Shown here: piece by piece, positions 8,162-13,503 of the stretch
Numbering within the stretch: position 1 is the stretch's first letter
Layout of the letters: every line of letters begins with the position of its first letter
Assembly (NCBI GenBank): GCA_049969675.1
Contig: JBMFOP010000081.1
Coordinates: 1-13,503 of the forward strand
DNA length: 13,503 nt
Reading direction: 5' to 3'
From: Myxococcota bacterium
Lineage (GTDB): Bacteria; Myxococcota; SpSt-1050
Position numbers and translations under genes: made by a program
The notes under the pieces: generated by a model
What the model was told of the DNA's origin: nothing
The model's input: only the letters and a program-made list of their open reading frames with translations
The model's database searches: none

Positions 8162-9826
8162 CTATTTTACAGGGTTCGCCTTTAATGTAGTTTTGCCGTT
8201 TTTTATAATTACATCAAACTTAACATCTAAATAGTTGCCCTTCTTCATCAACTCCGCCTTTGTTACCTTAATCTTCTCAATGAAGTTGTCAAAATTTAGA
8301 TTCTCAATAGATTCACCATTCTGAAGCCTCATTGCCACATATCTATCAAAAAGCCTCCTAAACTCATCCAGTTCTTTTGCCTGTGCAGATTGTTTTGCCT
8401 TATCAAGTGCCTCAATCTCTTCAAGAGAGGCGACCATAGTGGCATCAGGGTTATAACCTTCCTCCCTCTCATTTTCTATCATCTCCCCGACATCCTCAGA
8501 TGTGATCTCACCCCCAACAAATATCTCCCCGGACATAGGTTTGGGCACAACCCCCTTCTGAGACTCATTCGCCATTACAACTCTTTGCTGAAAATCTAAA
8601 TCTTTATTGACATCCAGACTTGCTGTCTCAGTTTTAATCTCCCTGGATGCAGGTTTTTGAGATACCTTTATCTCACCTGTGAATGTCCTTCTGATATCAT
8701 CCTTCTGAATATCTGTGAAGACCGGTACAGACTTTGAAGGCGAACTGACCTTCTCTCCTGCCACGAAGAGGAGTTTGTTGATACTCCTCACCAGTTCATC
8801 AAATGGAGAAGGTACCTTTACCTCCGGTATCTGTACCGAGAGATTTCCTTTAATCGCCGGTGCAAGTGAATCATTTATCAGGTTGATGGTAGAATAAATA
8901 GTCCTTGAGATACTGAAAGACACTATTATTCCTATAATGAGAACACCTACAAGCACTACCAGCACAATAAACTGGATATCTCTCATATCACTAAACTTCC
9001 CTGCAAGGCTCGCCGTGATAGCGACCTTTATATCTCTGCCTGGCACAAAATCCTGAAAAATTGTAATCATCGCTGGTATATTTGTTGGAAAATATGGGCT
9101 GTCTTCTCCCTTTAATCTGCCGTGCAACAGAATCCTCTCTTTGCTCTGCATAATACTTACAAGAACCTCTGGCGCCTGTTGTCTGAATGTTGAACCTATC
9201 AGATTGTCTTTAGAGAAGATACTGATATCAAAAGATGTAATATCCCTTATACTATAGGCAAGCGAATCATCCATCATCTTTACAACTATAACCGAACCGG
9301 CAATTCCCCCCTCCATGAAGACCGGCGCAAGAGATACGATATAAATCCTATTTTTGTGGGTAAAGATATCACAGGAGATATTATTCTCTTTTACCTTTGA
9401 GAAGAGTTCGGATGAGATAATTACATTTAAGATATCATCCTCCACAAGTGATATTAACGCCTTATCTGCGATATCGTAATAGGCAAGAATATATTCTGTC
9501 TTCGGATTAAAGTTTAGCTCTAACTTACCAACAATTATGGAGTGCATCTTCAACTTATCCATCTGTCCTTTCTGATTCAGGAGTCTCTTCTTCCTCATCT
9601 CATCGGGTACCATACTTATCTGATTGGCAACACTCACCGCCTTTAATCTGTTTGAAATTCTAAAATTCTCAAATACCTCACCAAGCCTCCCTGTTGCCCC
9701 AATGAGCTCTGTCTTACTATTTGTAAGAACCATGTTGTATGAGCCATAGAAAATGAAGAGGGCAAATGCAAATACCGTGGATATCAAAATAAATGGAATT
9801 AAAAACCAGAGCTTAAATTTTAGCAT
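8162..9826 (-). CDS. Inner-membrane sensor-like protein (554 aa), MXAN_5187-family architecture: TM, Cache-like extracytoplasmic domain, TM, HAMP-like segment, linker, MXAN_5187-type C-terminal domain
   Basis: TM1 (LWFLIPFILISTVFAFALFIFYG); Cache-like segment (IYIVSLAPVFMEGGIAGSVIVVKMMDDSLAYSIRDITSFDISIF); TM2 (FIVLVVLVGVLIIGIIVSFSI); HAMP-like segment (GNLSVQIPE...FDELVRSINKLL). The C-terminus FRRLFDRYVAMRLQNGESIENLNFDNFIEKIK...DVKFDVIIKNGKTTLKANPVK matches my recollection of the MXAN_5187 C-terminal domain. SD AGGTGA at 9833-9838. Ends in TAG. Confidence 0.75.
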   Translation of the reverse strand: MLKFKLWFLIPFILISTVFAFALFIFYGSYNMVLTNSKTELIGATGRLGEVFENFRISNRLKAVSVANQISMVPDEMRKKRLLNQKGQMDKLKMHSIIVGKLELNFNPKTEYILAYYDIADKALISLVEDDILNVIISSELFSKVKENNISCDIFTHKNRIYIVSLAPVFMEGGIAGSVIVVKMMDDSLAYSIRDITSFDISIFSKDNLIGSTFRQQAPEVLVSIMQSKERILLHGRLKGEDSPYFPTNIPAMITIFQDFVPGRDIKVAITASLAGKFSDMRDIQFIVLVVLVGVLIIGIIVSFSISRTIYSTINLINDSLAPAIKGNLSVQIPEVKVPSPFDELVRSINKLLFVAGEKVSSPSKSVPVFTDIQKDDIRRTFTGEIKVSQKPASREIKTETASLDVNKDLDFQQRVVMANESQKGVVPKPMSGEIFVGGEITSEDVGEMIENEREEGYNPDATMVASLEEIEALDKAKQSAQAKELDEFRRLFDRYVAMRLQNGESIENLNFDNFIEKIKVTKAELMKKGNYLDVKFDVIIKNGKTTLKANPVK

Positions 9827-9855
9827 CTCTTTTCACCTGATTAAAATCGGCAAGG

Positions 9856-9884
9856 TATATATACTATTTTACATACTATGTCAA
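9856..9884 (-). promoter_or_regulatory. Putative sigma70-type promoter for the 554-aa membrane protein gene
   Basis: Minus strand reads TTGACA (9884-9879), 17 nt, then TATATA (9861-9856), 29 nt before the ATG at 9826, in the AT-rich intergenic gap. Confidence 0.5.
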
Positions 9885-9931
9885 AAAGAAACTTTCTAAA
9901 ATCATTGCACCAAAACTTGCAGATTGCAATC

Positions 9932-12900
9932 TTACCACTCGGGCTCCATCTTTCCATTAAACAGGAAATATAGCAAACCACCAGTTACACCACCATTTTT
10001 CACATATGATTGATAAATCCCTCCATCTGATGCTACAAACAGATTGACCTGATTGGCAGATGATGCCGTAAGATTTGGGTCTTTATATATACTTGATACC
10101 TTCCAGTTGTCTCTATTGAAACAGTTTGTCTTATTCATATTACACCTTGCCATCCTGAGTTCATTGCTTGAAATATAGGTCACATAAATATTTTTGTTAT
10201 AGACTGATATATCTACCTGATAATCTGTGCCGTAATAACCGCTGACATTCTGAATATCTACAAACTCCCAGTTGTTAAGGTTATTACATAGGGATGAAGG
10301 ACTGAATGCACATATCCCAACTTTGAGGATCTTATCTATAACCAATGTTGCATACTGATTGACTGTGGATGTATCCCTTGCAGCCATATTTCTATTTTTG
10401 CTAATCCGATAGCTCGCACTCGTAGTGTAGAGATCCATAGAGACCCAATCAGATTGAGACTCACAACCATTAGCATAAAGGCAATAATATTTCTTCAATA
10501 TATTATCAACCCTTCTCAAAATATAGAATGAGCTTGTAGAATTACCGAGTGAAGGAGTGGAGGTTGTGTCTGTATCTGAACTAACGAGCACATCTCTTGT
10601 CCAGTTTGCAATATTCATACAGTCAGTTGAGGTATAACAATAATGGAATCTTATCTGATTTGATGTATCACGGGAGACTATTGCAACGCGCCCATTGGCA
10701 ATTACCATAGAGGGTTCTACTCCAGAGGCAGATATAATAAGTTTGCCCGCAGCAGTCCAATCAGAAGGTGAATCACATCCGGTAGATAGGTTACAGATTG
10801 CTATTCTGAGGTTATTTGATGAATCATGATATGAGATATATACATTTGTTGCATCCACCACTATCTGTGGATATCTGATTGTTGCACCAAGGTCATGGAC
10901 AAGGACACCAAATATCCAATTTGCAGCAATACTACAGTCATTTGACAAATTGCAGTATGTAAAATAGAGATCGTCATTTGAAACATATGTAACATACAAA
11001 GTGTTATTTGCAACGGCAGAAGAATATTGGGCAAAATTATTTGATATCTGCACATTATTAGTATTTGTAAAACCTTTTGCAAATCTACGCACAGAGATAG
11101 GTGGTGAATCATCACTCACCTCAACACCTCTTACGCTGTTGGTAGATGTATAATATGTATTTGAATCTGGTATGTTAACAGTATTTTTGCTTATGTTAGA
11201 ATCTGGTATATAGACGCTATTATCCCAATTTGTATAAGAATCGGCATCATACAGATTGATATAGCCATCTACATAATTCAGGGAGTTCCAGAGATATGTA
11301 AATGAGTCTGGAGAAGGACCTGCAACAGAGTTCAAAGGAGATACAAGAGATGGTAATAGCAGCCTTGCAGAGGCATATAGAGGGGCACCAATTGTAATTG
11401 CTATATTTGAATCAAATGTTGCCACCTCTGGAAAATCTATATACTCCTGATATTCTCCAGGTATTGTTTTTACCCAAAGGTTCTCACTCATACAACCAGA
11501 TGCATCCGGGTCATTACAACTCAAATAGTAGAGAGAGCCTTCTGATTTCCTGGCACCTATAATATAAAGTTTCTTATTGGAGTAAACAATTCTGGATAGA
11601 AACATATCATCCAGAGCGGTATCGTATGCAGTTCCAATTGACCAATCACCTACTGCATCACAGTTTGTATTGATAGCACATTTTGCCACCTTCTGTGCAT
11701 AATCAGAGCCATTCTTATTTGACCAGGTCAGATAGAGGTCCTTACCAGAACTGAACATATCTAAATAATTTGAGTCGTTGCTATTATATAGAGGTTGAGG
11801 ATAAGTCGTCCAATCAGCAGCGTTATCACAAAGTGTACTGGGCACACAGGTTGCTATATTTAGTGGAGTATTCCCACCGGATTTTGCACCAAAATATGCC
11901 ACCCATACCCTTGAGTCATTTGCAACAATAGATAAGGTAGTATCATTTGAAGTATCCCCTGCAACCGATAAATCAACCTTTGACCAGTTTGCTGAATTAG
12001 TACAGTCAGAATATAGTGAACAGGAGGCAATCCTCGGAGTATTCCCATAAAAGTAGGCAAAATAGAGCCGCTTACCATCCGTTATCATTGGATTGCTATC
12101 GGTATTTAATTTTGTTGGAGTTGATGGTTCTATATTATAATTGTTCCAGTTTGCCGCATTCATACAATCATTACTCCTTGAACATCTAAAGAAGTTGATA
12201 GTATAAGAACAGGTAGGTATACAGGAATTGGCCATGACAGCAGGAATATAGTAATATGAACCATCTGTTATCACTTTTGTTTTATTAAACACACTCCACA
12301 ACATACCTATATTCAGTGCTGTCTTCTCCCAGTTATCATCATCTTTACAGTCCTTTGTATCCACCGGACATTTATATAATTCTAATGTACTACCACCGAA
12401 ATCTTTCAATACTCCGGGACCGGCAATAAATAAGTCACCATCAATATATGAGACAGTCGGGGAGTAGATACGAGCTGATATATTTTCTGGCACCGTTATG
12501 TTTGCCCTTGCAATACCTATCAATACATTGTAAACGGTATTATATCCACTTTGATTACCTGCGTAATCCACTGCCTTTACTCTGAAGGTATAGTTCAAAC
12601 CATTTGTGAGTCCGGTAATAGTTGCAGTGGTTGTATCACCATTTACATTCAATGATGTCCAGCCTCCACCACTGTTGTATTCTACAATATAGTTCTTTAT
12701 TCCACTACCTGTATAATCAGATGAAGCAGTCCAGCTCACAATTGCGGCACGGCTCTTTGGTGTAACTGCAATATTTGCCGGAGTTGACGGAGGTACAGTA
12801 TCAAGCATAACACCATTTGAAATTGAATAGCCACTGTAATTTCCAGCCTTATCTTTGACACAGGCACTCACATATTTATATCCACTGTTAGAAGGTAAAG

Positions 12901-13503
12901 TCCAGTTAAATGTCTTTATACAGGGCGTCTCGGTACAACCTGAAAAATTATATAAATAGTTAGCAGAGGCACAGGAGAGTGAATTTGAGTTGCCAAACGC
13001 CACAAATAAGTCTGTGCCATAGAAGACATTGTCATCGGCTGTAAGTTTAATACAGACAGATGTATTATTGGTATATTGAATAGGTGTTGTGCAGGTACTC
13101 TCATATATCTCAAGTGATAGAGGTGTTGGCTTCACATTATCCAGAATTATTGAATCACTACGAGTTACACTCTCACGACCCGAGCCATCCTTAACTTTGG
13201 CATATACTGTCTTATTCCCATTTGCCGAACTCAATATATATGAGGCTGGATTGACATAACCTATCCAGCTTGCACCGGCAAATGCAGCGTCCTCAGATAT
13301 CATCATATATTTTATAGCACCAGGGGAGATATCACTCGCTGTAAAATATATGTGTACCCCTGTATTTACTGTTGTATCTGGATTCCCGTTGTTAATGACA
13401 ATTGAACTGAGAGTCGGATTATCAAAATCAACTTTAATACTATCACTCCCGGTGCTACTTATATTACCTGCCACATCTCTGACTCTAACATATACATACC
13501 TTG
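9932..13503 (-). CDS. Very large extracellular/surface protein, 5'-truncated: Ig-like repeats, FN3, Cys-rich beta-propeller, degenerate FN3, second Cys-rich beta-propeller
   Basis: The frame is open past the track's GTG start (13474) to the window edge and reads RYVYVRVRDVAGNISS, so the GTG is an internal Val. Ig-like end motifs (VRVRDVAGN, AKVKDGSGR, ACVKDKAGN). Clear FN3 at about 12540-12800 (PPSTPANIAVT..IVSWTAS..YIVEY..ITGLTNGLNYTFRVKAVDYAGN). S/T/N/Y/C-rich composition; TAA stop at 9932-9934. Confidence 0.85.
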   Translation of the reverse strand, partial: RYVYVRVRDVAGNISSTGSDSIKVDFDNPTLSSIVINNGNPDTTVNTGVHIYFTASDISPGAIKYMMISEDAAFAGASWIGYVNPASYILSSANGNKTVYAKVKDGSGRESVTRSDSIILDNVKPTPLSLEIYESTCTTPIQYTNNTSVCIKLTADDNVFYGTDLFVAFGNSNSLSCASANYLYNFSGCTETPCIKTFNWTLPSNSGYKYVSACVKDKAGNYSGYSISNGVMLDTVPPSTPANIAVTPKSRAAIVSWTASSDYTGSGIKNYIVEYNSGGGWTSLNVNGDTTTATITGLTNGLNYTFRVKAVDYAGNQSGYNTVYNVLIGIARANITVPENISARIYSPTVSYIDGDLFIAGPGVLKDFGGSTLELYKCPVDTKDCKDDDNWEKTALNIGMLWSVFNKTKVITDGSYYYIPAVMANSCIPTCSYTINFFRCSRSNDCMNAANWNNYNIEPSTPTKLNTDSNPMITDGKRLYFAYFYGNTPRIASCSLYSDCTNSANWSKVDLSVAGDTSNDTTLSIVANDSRVWVAYFGAKSGGNTPLNIATCVPSTLCDNAADWTTYPQPLYNSNDSNYLDMFSSGKDLYLTWSNKNGSDYAQKVAKCAINTNCDAVGDWSIGTAYDTALDDMFLSRIVYSNKKLYIIGARKSEGSLYYLSCNDPDASGCMSENLWVKTIPGEYQEYIDFPEVATFDSNIAITIGAPLYASARLLLPSLVSPLNSVAGPSPDSFTYLWNSLNYVDGYINLYDADSYTNWDNSVYIPDSNISKNTVNIPDSNTYYTSTNSVRGVEVSDDSPPISVRRFAKGFTNTNNVQISNNFAQYSSAVANNTLYVTYVSNDDLYFTYCNLSNDCSIAANWIFGVLVHDLGATIRYPQIVVDATNVYISYHDSSNNLRIAICNLSTGCDSPSDWTAAGKLIISASGVEPSMVIANGRVAIVSRDTSNQIRFHYCYTSTDCMNIANWTRDVLVSSDTDTTSTPSLGNSTSSFYILRRVDNILKKYYCLYANGCESQSDWVSMDLYTTSASYRISKNRNMAARDTSTVNQYATLVIDKILKVGICAFSPSSLCNNLNNWEFVDIQNVSGYYGTDYQVDISVYNKNIYVTYISSNELRMARCNMNKTNCFNRDNWKVSSIYKDPNLTASSANQVNLFVASDGGIYQSYVKNGGVTGGLLYFLFNGKMEPEW
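10000..11020 (-). repeat. Protein-level tandem repeat array 2 (6 copies, C-x5/7-C-x5-W), predicted propeller blades
   Basis: FTYCNLSNDCSIAANW; IAICNLSTGCDSPSDW; FHYCYTSTDCMNIANW; KYYCLYANGCESQSDW; VGICAFSPSSLCNNLNNW; MARCNMNKTNCFNRDNW. They are preceded by strands such as LYVTYV, VYISYH and IYVTYI. Boundaries are approximate. Confidence 0.8.
11400..12460 (-). repeat. Protein-level tandem repeat array 1 (6 copies, about 55-60 aa period, C-x5/7-C-x5-W), predicted propeller blades
   Basis: LYKCPVDTKDCKDDDNW; FFRCSRSNDCMNAANW; IASCSLYSDCTNSANW; IATCVPSTLCDNAADW; VAKCAINTNCDAVGDW; YLSCNDPDASGCMSENLW. Each is preceded by a hydrophobic strand such as LYFAYF, VWVAYF or LYLTW. Boundaries are approximate. 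Confidence 0.8.

Noticed and set aside
8114..8164. Readthrough of the TAG ending the 554-aa gene, implying genome-wide TAG reassignment
   Set aside because: This TAG falls at the expected end of the domain (LKANPVK). The would-be extension (LNFFLFLFDIYVAFC) comes from a T-rich promoter region and is not coding-like. A universal TAG-to-sense code is not supported by this window alone.
323..8897. All plus-strand ORFs in the track (60-167 aa)
   Set aside because: They lie antisense to long, well-supported genes. Their F/S/L-rich composition mirrors the K/E-rich sense codons, and none has a recognisable domain.
2536..13113. Short minus-strand alternative-frame ORFs (2536-2787, 2938-3207, 10861-11115, 11860-12078, 12916-13113)
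   Set aside because: They are nested out of frame within large CDSs and show no protein-like features.
13472..13474. GTG start assigned to the 1180-aa ORF
   Set aside because: The frame is open to the window edge, and the codon is the Val of a VRVRDVAGN Ig-repeat motif. The true start lies outside the window.
1..13503. CRISPR arrays, tRNA/rRNA genes, IS elements, integrases or DGR-type template/variable repeats
   Set aside because: The window is almost entirely coding, with short intergenic gaps. I saw no long nucleotide-level direct or inverted repeats and no transposase, integrase or RT motifs. The propeller repeats are conserved only at the protein level.

Overview
AT-rich bacterial window (roughly 40% GC by eye) with six genes, all on the minus strand. 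In transcription order (right to left): (1) a 5'-truncated, very large Cys-rich surface protein with Ig-like and FN3 domains and two predicted beta-propellers built from 12 copies of a C-x5/7-C-x5-W repeat; (2) a membrane sensor-like protein (TM, extracytoplasmic domain, TM, HAMP-like segment) ending in a myxobacterial MXAN_5187-type C-terminal domain; (3-6) a tightly packed operon with its own sigma70-like promoter, encoding a secreted coiled-coil/beta protein, a TPR plus coiled-coil protein, a 1209-aa GltD/AgmU-like TPR protein and a GltE/AglT-like TPR lipoprotein. The lipoprotein is missing from the ORF track because it runs off the left edge. The operon resembles Glt/Nfs-type envelope machinery of Myxococcota/Bdellovibrionota; this is recognition from memory, not a database result. 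The most notable signal is that the 740-aa TPR ORF ends at a TAG (5075-5077) that looks internal. The frame continues 26 protein-like codons to a TGA 3 nt before the next ATG, which points to amber readthrough/recoding, a recent nonsense mutation or a sequencing error.
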